From Vicugna vicugna (Eukaryota), in the NCBI GenBank assembly GCA_013265495.1, contig MU058213.1:5108854-5172853 (forward strand): a DNA stretch of 64,000 nt, in the 5' to 3' direction. Below the pieces are notes generated by a model. It did not search any database, had not been told where the DNA came from, and was given only the letters and a program-made list of their open reading frames with translations. Shown here one piece after another: positions 25,874 to 38,758 of the stretch; position 1 is the stretch's first letter; every line of letters starts with the position of its first letter. The translations under genes were made by a program, and so were the position numbers.

Positions 25874-26250
25874 GTAGGGGGCAGCCGTTTTCTTTGCCTG
25901 CCCAGTACCTATTTCCCCTTTCTATGGCTAGGAGCTCATCAATTTTTTTTTTGATGGATCCACATTTTATTCACTCCCAGATCGATGTGGTTCAGGTGGG
26001 ACTTACCATACTTCCCATACCCAGTGACAGACACAAGACTTAGACATGTCCAATCGAAGTCACAATAATTGATTTAGAGACCGGGGACATGATGCAATCC
26101 GGCTCAGCAAGGGATAGTGCCCGTACTTTTGCTGGAACTACACGAGGCCTGGCTGTTATTCTGTTGCCATTGCTAAGCTGGGAAAGTGTCAGCCTGATGC
26201 TGCCAGTGGCCATATCATCCACAAGTGGGAAGAGCCTGACATGAGCTAAT
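25874..26250 (+). mobile_element. LTR16-family ERVL LTR
   Basis: TTTGCCTGCCCAG, ATGTGGTTCAGGTGGG, ACTTTTGCTGGAAC, GCTGCCAGTGGCCAT. Confidence 0.7.
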
Positions 26251-26697
26251 AAATTCTCTTTCTGTGTTAAGGAGGATTAGGTTTTCTGTCTCTTGCAGCT
26301 GTGAGAGCCATGACTGGGGCTTTCTCTTTGTGCTCTGAGGCCCTGAAACCACCCCTGGGGCCCTCTGGCCCTTGGTCAGGCACTTTGCCCACTCTCCGCG
26401 ATGTATGCCGGGTGATATGCTAGGAGACACCTGGTTCACAAGTTTGGGGCCATGGCATTTTCATCAGGGCGTTTCCTTGTGTTTGGATTTCCTGAAAGGT
26501 CTCAGCTGAGCCTTTCTTTGTGCCCAGCACACTGTCCTTGTGGACAGTACATCAGCATTCTGAGAATGCAGCCCACTTTCCCTGGTGGGGCTCAGTTATC
26601 ACGTTGACCTTAGCTGCTCCAGGGGTCAGTGACAGAACTGCATTTTCATGGGGACCCTTGAAGTGGTACCTTCGTGCCTGGGTAGCTGGCCTGGACC

Positions 26698-26933
26698 AGC
26701 ACTGCTCTAAGTGTCTGTTCACAAACTATTTGTTACTGGTCCATGATGAGGTAAGAAGATTGCATCAGAATATATATCACTGCTCTATTTACCTCATAAG
26801 GAAAGTCTTGCCATTAAAAAAAACCACCTTAATAATCTAGGTGTTTCACACGAATGTACAAGCTCCTTGAGGGCCAGTAATGAAAGAGCTCATGGGCTGA
26901 CAGTGGTCTGCAGACCATGCTTTAGTAACACTG
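26698..26933. mobile_element. hAT-Charlie MITE
   Basis: Termini CAGCACTGCTCTAAGTG ... GACCATGCTTTAGTAACACTG. Confidence 0.55.
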
Positions 26934-27058
26934 GCCTAGACAACCCTAAGTGCCCGCAGTCGTACAAGACAGTATGAGTCTCAACTGCAGTCAGATTCCT
27001 AGATCTGACCATCTCTGACAGGGAAGCCTTGCCATCTTCTGAGAATGATGGATCTATT

Positions 27059-27405
27059 GCAGTGTCTCAACCTTGGCTGCACATTAGAATCATCTGGGAA
27101 ACTTTCAAAATATGGATTTCACCCCAGGACAGTTTGATTTGACTTTGGGATTTTCAGCAGTTCTCCAGGTGACTACAATGTGCAGCCGAGTCTGAGGACC
27201 AATGCTCCAGCTCGAGATTAGTGGTTGTTCAACATTAATGTGTGTAAAAATCATTTAAAGAACTTGTCTGAAATGTATTTCTGTGCACCAATGCCAAAGA
27301 TTCTGATTCAGTAGGATCCTGGAAATTGCGATTTTTAAAAAAAAAAAACAGGTATCCCAGGAGATTCTGATGTAGGTGGACCACAACACTTTGAAGAGCA
27401 CTGCT
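27059..27405 (-). mobile_element. Two adjacent MER5A/B elements
   Basis: CTTGGCTGCACATTAGAATCATCTGGG; AGATTCTGATTCAGTAGG; CACTTTGAAGAGCACTG. Confidence 0.8.
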
Positions 27406-29339
27406 TTAGATGATTTTCTGGACAGGTTAGAGCCAGGCTGGCTGGAATATACAAAGATTTGAGGAGAATTTCAATGGCTGAAATGTCGAAGCCTCACCAG
27501 CTGAATTTGTTTCCTTTCCTTTCCAGAAGATCTCAAGTATGTAGAACTGTCACAGCAGAGATATGGGAAAGGAGCTATTAACAGTGTCCAGTGAAGTCCA
27601 GGAATCAGTGGGAAACCTTAATTGTCTTGGAATTTGTCAATCCAGTATTATTAATACTCTGTCTTATTTCATGTGGATGTCTCTGCCTTCTGAACTCTCA
27701 AACCATCTTTTGCTGCTTTAGTCTAAAAGGAACTGTTGTAACTATAGGTCCAAGGTAGTCTAGGCCAGGCTTAGAAGTGGCTAGGTCCGATAATAATGGC
27801 ATTATGATGGAGCAGGCATCTCCTGTCAGCCTCTGTACATAGCAGAGCTATTTTACTAGTTAAATGGCTTTATAATGACAACAGGTGAAAGACATTTTTG
27901 ATCAGTAAGAAGTTGTGTATCCCTTCAAAGGTTCACATCATAAGCCAGGCTTTGCTCAGTTGGTCCAGGAGACTGAAAGCCAGAGGGAGAGAAAAATCAG
28001 TCTCAACGGTAAACACTAATCAAGGTGGTCCTGAGAAAGGCAGTACCCGCATCCTTCTTATTGATGGAGAACAGTGGGTCCTAGTAATGAACTCCTCAGG
28101 TTAGTCAGCACCTATGTGGTTGTGGGTGGCTTCAAATTCAGGCCCAGTATGAGGATATTGTTAATGTTCAGACGGACACGGGCCCTGGGGACCAGTCCTC
28201 TAAACATTAGCCCACTCCTCTAAAGCACCTGAAGTCTGAATACTTGTTCAGGTGTTCTCAGAAAGGGGAGAATCACGGATATGAACAAAAAGTCTTTTAA
28301 ATGATTTCTGAAAGGGTTTTTTAGTTATCTTGAGGTCTTAAATCAACTAACACTTAGTTAAGTTCAATATACAATTTCATTCTATAGGGAGCCCCTCTTC
28401 CTTGTGAAAACTGGCTATGTATAATTGTGAAGTTCTAATTATTCTGATTCCCCATGGGTATATTCTGATTACCCAGGAAAAATCCAGTTTGCATCTATTG
28501 CCTTGTATAATTACTAACAGTGTTCTGTTTCCATCAGAAGGGTTCCAGTTTGGGTGACAAATTGCATGGTGATTTCTTTTTAATTAGTAAATCAATGAAT
28601 GTAAGTTCTGGTTTTTTTTTTAATTTTTAAGTTTGTAATCACTGAAGTGAGGAAGCCAGGTTAAAGAACTGAAGTGGGAGAGATATTTTTAAAAAATTAT
28701 TGCAACACTTGTAAAGTTTTCTAAGATGAATTCAGTAGGAATCCAACAATAATTTTAAAAAATCTCTCAGGCAGTTAAGACTTTTTGATGGAAACTTTTG
28801 ACTCTTCTCTGCCTCAATGCCCTTTCACTTGAGGAATCCACACTTGCTAAAGGCCATCAGATAAAATTGTAACTGAATTAAAAAAGAAAACAAAGCAGAG
28901 TTGTTTTAGAATCTTACAGTGAGCACCTACTATGCAAGCTCAGACCAAAGAGAAGAGACTCAAATCCCATGTTCCAGGGAGGATCCTTAGGAAATGAGGA
29001 GATATAAACAAAATGTTCTGCCATGGAATTATCGTCCCTTGAGCAGTGCCTGATTCAAAAAAAAAAAAAGTGTGTATCTTCAGCATTAAGTGGATCAACC
29101 AGCAGAGTTGCCAGTCCCTGCCACCCAGCCTCATCTCTGTCTCTCTTGCTCATTGGCTGAGTTTCCAGCTCATTTCTAGGTCAGTCACATCCAACATGGG
29201 GGACAATGACTGTGTCAGCCACCTTCCGTATCAGTGGTGCTTTACAATTCTCTCCACCAGTGCTCCAGGTGCCACTGAGAGGTGTGGGAACGTGGCTGGT
29301 CCATCACATCATCCCCATCTTCATCATCGACAAAGCTTC

Positions 29340-29575
29340 CACTTATCTGAGCATCCACCATATGCCAATGACTGTTTCAAACACTCTACTTGAAGCAACC
29401 TACTTTTTACAACCTTAAGGGGAGGTCCTGTTATCGTCTCCATGTGGCAGATGAAGAAACCGAGGCACAGAAAGGCTAAGTGACTTGCCCAAGTTCACAC
29501 AAGTAGCAAGATGTGGAGCCAGGATCCAAAACGAGGAAATCTGATTCCAGAGCCTGTGCCTCTAACCGCTTTCTC
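29340..29575 (-). mobile_element. MIR SINE
   Basis: CAGATGAAGAAACCGAGGCACAGAAAGGCTAAGTGACTTGCCCAAG. Confidence 0.9.
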
Positions 29576-30450
29576 TACCTCAACTCCAATAGGAATGACA
29601 TTCCGGACGGCAAATAGCTATTTTTCCTGACACCACTTCCCTCTCTAACTACGTCTGTCCTTCCCTTTACAGCGCAAAATTCCTCAGATCCCTCAAACAA
29701 CATTACAACAGTTGCTAGGTCCAATTCCTCTCCTTCCTTTCCTTCTCGAATCCCCTTCAATCAGGCAGTCACCCCACTTCTCCACTACAATTATTCCCTT
29801 AAAGTAAGTAATGATCCCCATGTTGATAAACCCACCTGGAATTCTCAGCTCTCACCTTCCTTGATGAGTCAATAGCTAACAAGTCGATCACTCCCCAGTC
29901 CTTCAACACCTCTCTTCATCGGTGGCCAGGGTGCCACCTTTCCTTACCTCACTGACCATTCCTCTTCAGTCCCCAAGGCCAGCGCCCCCTGAGACATCCC
30001 AACGTTGGTGTGTCTCTGGACTCAGTTCTTGGAATTCCTCTCTTGTCTATCTGCACTCTTCTTAATGATCTCATTCAACTTTAGTTTTCAATATCTGTAT
30101 CACCAACCAATTTTTCTCCCTTGAACTCCAGGTTCTACTATTAACTGTCATCCAAACATGTAGGAGTGAGCTCCTACATGAAGCTCGACAAGAACCCCAA
30201 TGAAACTTACTCCACCTACCATCTTCTCCATCTCACTTATCACCACATCCGCTGCCACCCCCTCATCCAAACCCTCCCCATCTCCTGCCTGGATTATTAT
30301 AGTAGCTTCTTAGTTAGTCTTCTTGCCTCTACCTTCATATCCTTTTCAGTCTGTTCCCAGTATAGCAACCAGAAAGATCTTGTTTAAGTATGAGTCAGAC
30401 CATGTTACTGCTCTGCTCCAAATAATACAATGGTTTCTCCTCGCACAGAG

Positions 30451-30795
30451 TGTGGCAGGTTATATTTCCCAAAGATGGCTGCAATCATATTTCCTATCCC
30501 ACATGCTCTTCTTATAATCTGACTTTAGAGAAATGAGGTTTGTTTTCTCCCCCTGGAATCTGGACAGGATTATGACTGTTTCAAAAGTGATAGAAGTGAC
30601 TGTCAAGGCCAGATCAGCCTTTGAGTTTTCCCAGATTCCAACAGCCATAAACACTGTGGAAACATCACGGAACACATACAAGCCACCCTCACCATGCCCT
30701 ATCCAAGTTCCTGACCTACACATGCATCATAAAATGATTGTTTTATGACACTAATTTTTTGGGCAGTTTGTTACATAGCAAAGATAACTAGAACA
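30451..30795 (+). mobile_element. MLT1G/H-like solo LTR
   Basis: TGTGGCAGGTTATATTTCCCAAAGATGGCTGC ... GTTTGTTACATAGCAAAGATAACTAGAACA. Confidence 0.8.
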
Positions 30796-31076
30796 CTGGG
30801 TGAAACCAAAGTCCTTCTAACAGCTACAAGGTCTCCTGTGATCTGGCTCTTTGTTGTGGTTCTGACCTCATCTCCCACCACCCTCCCACTTCCACTCCAG
30901 GCATCCTGGCCTGCTTGCTAAGTTTTAATTACACAAAGCAGTTCCCTGCATTAGGGTCTTTATCTTTGTGATTCTCACTGCCTGGAGGTTTCTGCCACTA
31001 CCTGCACCCCCCGCCCCATTATCTTCAGATTTAATCTCTCATCTCCTTCAAATTTCCCCTTTTCAGTCTTTCCTGG

Positions 31077-31625
31077 TGTGATATCCGGGCTCCTCGATGG
31101 TGCCAATGATAGCTGCCTCCTGGCATCATGCTGTGGCATAGTCCCCTCCCACAGTGACCAGAACCGGGTCATGTCACCGGTAGGTTACAGCAGCAGCGAC
31201 AGAATGTGACTTCCAAGGCTTGGTTACAAAAGACATTGTGGCTTACATCTTGCCCTCTGAGGTCACTCGCTTTGGGGGAAGCCAGCTGCCCTATCGAGAG
31301 GAGGCATCAACAGCTCTATGGAGAGGCCAATACACTGAGGAACTAAGGTCTCTTGCCAAAGTCAGCAAATGACTGACGCCTCTTGCCAATAGCCATGAGA
31401 GGTAGACACTTTGGATGTGGATTCTCCAGTCCATTCAAGCATTCAGATGACTGCACCACTGCTGACATCTTGATTGCAACCTCATTAAAGACTCCAACCC
31501 AGAACCACCCAGCTAAGCTGCTCATGAATTCATGACTCACAAAAATTGTGAAATAGCAAATGCTTGTTGTTTTAAGCCACTAAATTCTGGGATAAACTGT
31601 GCTTCAGAAAAAGATAACAAAAACA
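31077..31625 (+). mobile_element. MLT1E/F-like solo LTR
   Basis: GGGGGAAGCCAGCTGCC; CAGAACCACCCAGCTAAGCTGCTC; TTGTTTTAAGCCACTAAATT. Confidence 0.85.
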
Positions 31626-34364
31626 CCTCTGGCTACCCTGTTTAACAACATAAACCTTCTCTTCCCAAGGTTCTCCATCCCCCTTTCCTGCTGTATTTTC
31701 TCCACTGTACTTATTACTATCTAATATACTATATATTTTACTTAACTACTGACTCCCCTCCTACCCCCTGCTATAATGTTAGGCTTTAAGAGGACAGGCA
31801 TTTTTGTCTGTTTTATTCACTGCAAATCTCCAGTACCAGGCATATAGCTAAAACTCAGTAAGTAGGTGTTAAAAGGATAAATCTCAATACCACTCTGTGA
31901 TCAATTGGTTATGGCTACCAGAAGCACTGTGTTAATAAAAGGATTGTCTGAACTTCATAGGAAGAATGCTGCAATCAATTAGCAATGACTGCTATGGGTG
32001 TGAAAGTAGAAGTAGCATCATGTTTGCCATGTGTTTGCGTTCCCTGCTCTATCCCTGCATCTTTTCTTCAGGCATAATTCATAACCAGTTAGCCTGTACC
32101 AATAATAACAAAGTTCATGTTTTGTCAAGGGCTTCAGATACAGCAACTTGCTCTACGATTTAACATTTACAACATTAGGAAAACTATTTCTCTCCTAACT
32201 CTCCATACACATGCCAAGATTCACTGTCTGCTGGCTCTTGATTATCTTCTGGGGAGGCAAAGAATAACCTGTTATGATTATCTTTGAACTAACTCTACAT
32301 AAAACATAGAATATAAACATCGAGGAATGAAAACTATATGACTTAACAGTGGGCAAATTTTAACCTTGAAAACTGTCCAACAATAGAATTCAGAGTTTGT
32401 GTAGGAGTTTGAGAGTAATCTTCAAAATGCATAAAACACTTATGCAGCCCATGAGAGTACCACCAGCTCTGTTATGAATCGTAGGATGGAAGGCAACATT
32501 CAGGAAAGCCAAATCTGCAATGTTTCTCATGGACCCAGTGATCCTCTTTGAAAACATTACTCTCCTTTAGTCATTCAAAAAATGTTTTTCTGCTGCCTAC
32601 TGTGTTCTTGACATTGCTTCAGGTAAGGGGAGTCCAACACAGAGTCCCTGCTTCAAACATTTTACATTCTCTTCCTCAAGGAGCATGACTTCCTGGCTGG
32701 CTCTGCTCACCCCAGTTGGACAGTCAGAACTCCAGCGCCTAAGAGATTTCTATGTTTAGCATCAGCTCTTTCGTCCCTTGTCACATGGAATGTGAGACAT
32801 TAGGGTGGGAGCACCCATGCGGTTTCATTCAGCCTGTCCATTTTTAATTGGAGATCCTCAGTGTCAGAACCTGTTTTCTTTCATGAAACAAGAGGCAGAA
32901 TTTCAGCTGCACCTTCTAAGTCCAAGTATCACTTTCACAGGATTCTCGGTATTGTTAAGGTAATGACTGTCCAGGTTCCCCCTGGGGAGACTAGAGAGGT
33001 CTGGTGTGAGAAAGGCACCCAGAAGCACAGTGAGCACTAGGTCTATTCCAGACGCATCAGTCAGACTGAACCGCGTATGCAGCACAGACATGGGAAGCAG
33101 GTCTGGGTAGGGGCGTGGGTAATGCCATGGGCTCAGTTCTTGATTTATGGGCCATAAGATAACTTCAGAAAATCCAAGAAGAAAGGTCTATTAGGTAGTG
33201 AGAAGTACGGTCAATCAGTCAGTCACTCAGCAGTCTATCATTGTGTTGACGGCAGCTGATGTGCGGGGACTACAGAACAAGAAAAAGACAGTTGAAGAGG
33301 GAGTTCTAGAGCACGTCCACATTTCACATGCATCATCTCATTTGATCGTCACCATAATCACTGCAGTGGATAGAATGGAGATTATTTTAAAGACGACAGA
33401 TGAGAAGCTTTGAGAGGTTGGGTTTTGCTCAAGGTCTCATGCAGCAAAGTCAAGAAAAGGCCTTGTGGGGCCTCTTGTACAACATCACTACTCTGTGACA
33501 TGACTTTCCAGAGAGAAATAAAGTATCAGTGTTACTCAAATTCTGTTGTTTCTGCATTTTTGATGATCACTCTGGCCATTCCCTCCTATATATGGGAGAG
33601 GAAGAAAAGGTTGCAACAGCTAGAGTTCCTTTATTCACTGCAGAAGGAATGCAGGACTAGAGTCTAAGCACCTTAGATGACTCCCATCACCCTGCCTGCA
33701 GTTCACTGCCCTCCATCTCCAAACATCTCTCTTTTTTCCCAACTAAAATCTGAGCCAAAGAAATGTAGCTGAAACGCTGATAATTTTTACATTTTTTGTA
33801 ACATAGTGGTTCAAAGATGAACAGATTTAAGCAAAAAAAATTATTTTTTGATAAAACAAGCTAAAAGTAATTTCATCTTTGCAAATGCCAAGCTTTACCT
33901 TTGTGTGCCTTGAAATTCCTTGGCAATGCATTTAATTTTGGGGAATCTGAGTTTATTAGAGGAATGTTGGGAGGAAGCAGGCTCCCTCTCCTCCCCGCCC
34001 AGTGTCAGATTCAGCCATGAGTGTGTCTGCACTGATTTGCTTGAGGTGTTATGACTATGACACAGTGATAGTTTGAGTCTCTCCCTTGTCTACCTGGAGT
34101 GAGGAGTAGGGTGCTTGCTTGTCTCTGTTTTCAAGCAACAGCCAGGAAGTGGACAGGCAGATCCTGAGTTACAGTGCTTTTTGAGAAGAACAGTATGTGC
34201 TTACCCCATCCTCCCTACATCTCCTGACAAATCTCTAGGAACTTCAACAGAGTAAGAACAGTCTCAGAATGTCCAGTGGAAGGTATCTGGGCTGGGTTTT
34301 CTTAACAGAGTATTACTCACAGGAACACTCTTTAAAAAGAAATGTACCTCTTGATCAGAGTAAT

Positions 34365-34590
34365 AAGAACAGCCCCTACCATTGTATCAGGCGATTCATA
34401 TGGGCACTGTGCTAGGAAGGTTACTACATCATCTCACCTAACATTTGCATTACACCAGTAAAAGGTCTCATTTTCCCCATTGTATAGATGGAAAAATTGA
34501 GTCTCAGAGATATCACATAACTTGGTGAGGATCACAAAGCTGGTAGGAAGTGAGGCAATGAGTGCCTGACTCCAATGTCCGAAGTATGAA
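34365..34590 (-). mobile_element. MIR SINE
   Basis: CCCATTGTATAGATGGAAAAATTGAGTCTCAGAGA...GATCACAAAGCTGGTA. Confidence 0.75.
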
Positions 34591-34748
34591 ACCTCATTTG
34601 CCCCTAGGCCTGCAGCCCTTTGGTAGGGAGTTCATTTCAAATCTACCCGGCTGCTTTCTAGGTCACCTTCCTCTCCTGAATGGGGCTTACACTGCCCCTG
34701 ATCACACTGTCATGCAGTGAGGCTGGAGGGCCAGAAAAAAAATGGAGG

Positions 34749-34937
34749 CAGGGTTGCCAGATTTAGCAAATAAAAATACAAGATGCCCAATTAGGTCAGA
34801 AGTTCAGATAAACAACAAATAATTTCTTCGTGGAAGTACATCCCAAATATTGCATGGGGCATACTTACACTAAAATTTTTGTGTGGTTTATTTGAAATTC
34901 AAGTTTAACTGGGTGTCCTGTATTGGGTCTAGCAGTG
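34749..34937 (+). mobile_element. MER53 hAT MITE
   Basis: CAGGGTTGCCAGATTTAGCAAATAAAAATACA ... GAAATTCAAGTTTAACTGGGTGTCCTGTATT. Confidence 0.85.
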
Positions 34938-37020
34938 CCAGATGGGAAAGGGCCAATCCAGCCTTCAACCAGTAATGCTGGGCTCTGCTCTCCTTCTCAG
35001 GCTGGTTCTTCTGCCAAACTCTCCTTTCCCAAATTCCCCAATCTCCAGAAACTCAGTCTGCTTTTCTCTCCTTCTAAAATGCCAGTGCGCAACCCCCAAG
35101 GAAAAGTTACCTAGAATCCTAGCATTTTGCAGCTTCCTTTTGCTGGTCCTCAAAATAAACATGCATGCTCTCTCCCTTCATATGGGTGTCTCATCTAACC
35201 TGGACAAGAACATGGATGGGGTGGTCACAGGAGTAATAGGCATGGAGAAATCATGAAGCTCCCAAAGTGATTGCAAAGTTCTCTTGGTATTTAGTTCCTG
35301 CTTTCTCAGCAGCACCCCCGCCCCCCGACTCCTCCCCAACTCTTTCTTAGCTGGTTCTAGAAGTCTCAGAGTTGGTTCCTGAAGTCCCTCAGCCCCACAG
35401 CCTGGAGGCTGTGTCTTTTCATTTGAAGAATGAGGCTGATTCATCAATCATCTCCCTCCTCTGCCTTTAACCTAAAAGATGCCAAATTCTGCCTTTGCCC
35501 CACATCACCGCACTGATTGAAAGTGTAGCCAGAGGAGAGGCTGGCCTATTGCACTGACTCACCTTCATGCCTGTGTAGCAACTGTCTCAGAAAACAAACT
35601 CCTTTCTCTCTCGACCATGTTGAGTCCTTCTCTTTAAATCCAGGACAACTTCAAATACACTTCTGCCTTTAAACCTCTTGTTCTCCACGCACCATCACGT
35701 GAGCCTGGTGCTGCCCGCACGGCCAGCACTGCTTTGTTCCCTGTCTTTCGAGTCTGCGGGTCTGGCTCCTCACACTGCTGCCCAGCTGTCATCACACGCG
35801 GCAGCCTGCTGGCTGATTCTGGACCACAGACTGAGGGGCGGGGCTGGGGGCCACGGAGAGATTTTACAACATATTAAGAAATTGGCTGATGCTAAATTTT
35901 TCTCACTGTAACTCATGCTTCTGGCTTCTCTTTAAAACTCAAAAGACCCAGTGCCAGCAGGCCCTCAATCCTGCCCATTCCATGGTGCCTACACAGCCTA
36001 GTTCCCCACCTCCCTTGTCTAGTTTCCTGCCAGGCCCCAGTTGGGACTGACAGCCAGCCCCTCCATGGAGAATTACAGGCCTTCCTCACACTGGAGGCAG
36101 ACTATGAGTGGACTCCTGATAAACATGTTGTATAAGTTTATATAAGAGAACCAGGCAAATTACAGTATTTTTTAAACAGGTAGTTCAAAGTTCTACAGGA
36201 AATCATTTATTTTTACTTATGACTGTATATGCTAATTTGAAGAATATTGAAATATATGCATCTGTTCACGTTGATGGTTCTTCCAGGTTTAGAATCAATT
36301 TCATTCAGTACTATAAAATATATGGACATTGTGAAATTACGTCTCATTAAATTTAAAGGAAAAGTTTATTGCTAAATAACTGTAACTTTGCTCATTGAAT
36401 TCACCTCAGAATACTTTTAATGTGGTTGCAAGTGGACCTACAATCTACTGACTCATACAGAATCCAACTCCTCTTCACTTCTGCCAGTTATGAGTTAATA
36501 GGCAAAAAACATGGACAAATGAACAGAACGTGGAACTTTCCTCTCCGGATGCTAAGACTGAGAAAAAAGAAACATGTTCACTAGCATCTCATTAAAATAC
36601 TACAAGCAGAGACAATATCAGAGCAGAAAAACATCTTGTGCTGACATCCGAGAAAAGCATTGTTTGTCCTCAGAGTTCAGGAGATGGAATCACCTGATAC
36701 TGTTGATCATTTTACCCAAAAAGTTATCCTATTGGATAATTTAAGAAATAGCTTTTCTTTCAAGTATTTGACAATCACTTTGGCAAATAAAGCTCCCTAA
36801 TATATTTGCAAAATATTAACATATCCATGATGTAATTATTATACTAATCACATTACACAGTACATCTTAATGCAGAAAATTTTTCTTTCCCCTTATTTCT
36901 GTCAGGAAAATCAGAGAATTCCCTGCCCCTTATCCAAATTTGGCCCATATTATCAGAAGAAAAATCACAGAACTATGGAGTCACAGATTTTAAAACTTCA
37001 AGGTGCCTTCTATGCCATGA

Positions 37021-37132
37021 GGGATGCATTTCAATCCTTTTACATCATCAGAGTTAATCGGAGGAAATGCAGAACAGTACTGGCTAACGGACAGGGAGCT
37101 GGAAGCAGGTCCCACCTGGGCAGAACATGTGT
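37021..37132. repeat. Copy 1 of a dispersed ~110-bp duplication
   Basis: Gap-free alignment of 37038-37132 to 38776-38870, 82/95 identical by hand count. Confidence 0.9.
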
Positions 37133-37552
37133 CTAAATTTTGTCCGATTTTTGCACATGAAGAAGCTGAGACCAAAGATGGGGAGTGATTGGGACAGTAT
37201 CATGGCTAGTGAGCAGCAGAAGGGACAGGAGCCCTGGGGCAAAGTCTCCTGGTTTAGTATTCTTTCCAGGATTGCCTCCTTAGAAAAATGCAAAATGACA
37301 ATGAGGGTCCTCTATACAAGCAATCAGGAAGAGGTATTGCACACTTTAAAAGACTTTTGTTAAAATGATGAAAAACGCAATGTTTTTACTTAAAGAAAAA
37401 AAAGTCCATGTATGTGACTAGAAGAATATACACCCCGATGCTAACTGTGGTCAATGTTAACACTGGAATGTGAGCTTCCCGAGAGCAGGAAGTTTGCTCA
37501 GTGCTGCCTCCGCGGCACCCACAATAATGTGGGGAATAGTAGGTGTCTGATA

Positions 37553-37657
37553 AACGGGGTGGCCACGTGTGCTGGTTAGCCCAGGACAGCCCCATTTATG
37601 CCTTCTGTCCTGAGGGTGACCCCTTTGTGCCCCTTTCCATTCTCAAAGTGTCACTCT
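37553..37657. mobile_element. MER81/MER94-like hAT-Blackjack MITE inside an L2 tail
   Basis: GGGGTGGCCA...GGTTAGCCCAGGACAG...GTCACTCTA; L2 3' end at 37460-37552. Confidence 0.55.
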
Positions 37658-38758
37658 AAATATTACTTAATATTTTTAATAAGTAATTTATGAAGGATGA
37701 ATTATGGACTTGTTTTTATTTTCTTCTTTTGATCTATCTGCATTTTCTAAGTTGTGTATAATGAATTTGTATGATGGGGAAAAAGATTTTTTTAGACTAA
37801 AAATTTAGACTTTGGATCTTGATCAAATCAGCTTCCTATTGTTCAAATATTCAATTATGTGAATCACTTCATTTCCTGATAGTAATCTAAATAATGTAAT
37901 AAACCTCCAAAATAGAATAAAAACACACACATATGATTCGTGTATACAATGTTAAAATATCCTAGAATGCTAGAGTGAAACTGAAAATCACATTTTTTAA
38001 AACTCAGATCATAGCACAGTGTGGTTCTCAGATCAAGCCACTTCTACTTTGAACTATTTGTAATTAATAAGAAGCTCTTTAAGTGTGTTCATGTTCTACT
38101 TTTGAAAAATAATTAATTTTTGTTAATTTTTCTCCAGGGGTCTTTGCGCTGTGTTAACAGTGCCCACTTATCTCCATTTTCATGAAAAGGTAGGTAATTA
38201 TAAAAGTGTAATGAATGGTTTTAACCATAAAAGTTAACATAAGAAAACCATGTTAACTTTTTCTTATTCTATTCAATTGAGGAAATAAAGATTTTTTTTT
38301 AAAAAACAAAGAGGAAAAGAGGGAAAGCCCACCCCACCCCCCTTCCAACAAACGAACTATAACGGCAGAACGAGAGCTGCAGGACTTCCCACAGCAAGAA
38401 AGACACCTTTGCGCACTGATGCCCGCGACACCGTTTCCTTCCTGACACTCCCACCTTCTGACTCCCAAAGTGCTATGTTCTTTGACTCTCCACCTCTTCA
38501 CACTTGGGTTCTGTCCCTTGCACCATCCCTGGGGCTCACGCCTTAGCACTCTGCTGTGGTTCCCTTCAAAGGCTCTTCTCTCACCGTGGTGTTGGCCTCT
38601 CACTAATGGCTCATTCTTATATCAAGAAATTCCCACCTCACCCAGCATCACCCTAAGAGCACCACACGTTCAGGGGCTTTCAGATTCCTTTCCTTGAAAC
38701 ACTCTGCCATCTCTGGAATATAAATGAATGAGGACCTACTATGTGCAAGCCTCTGTGG

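Larger units (their letters stand above)
29600..31885 (+). mobile_element. L2 LINE interrupted by two MLT1 LTRs
   Basis: L2 body at 29600-30450, 30796-31076 and 31626-31885 (CTCCTGCCTGGATTATTATAGTAGC; GTCTGTTTTATTCACTGC). Confidence 0.8.

Noticed and set aside
27500..28580. Several AG/GT-bounded segments (27528, 28389, 28538)
   Set aside because: Donors are weak, and the segments do not assemble into a consistent frame or known protein
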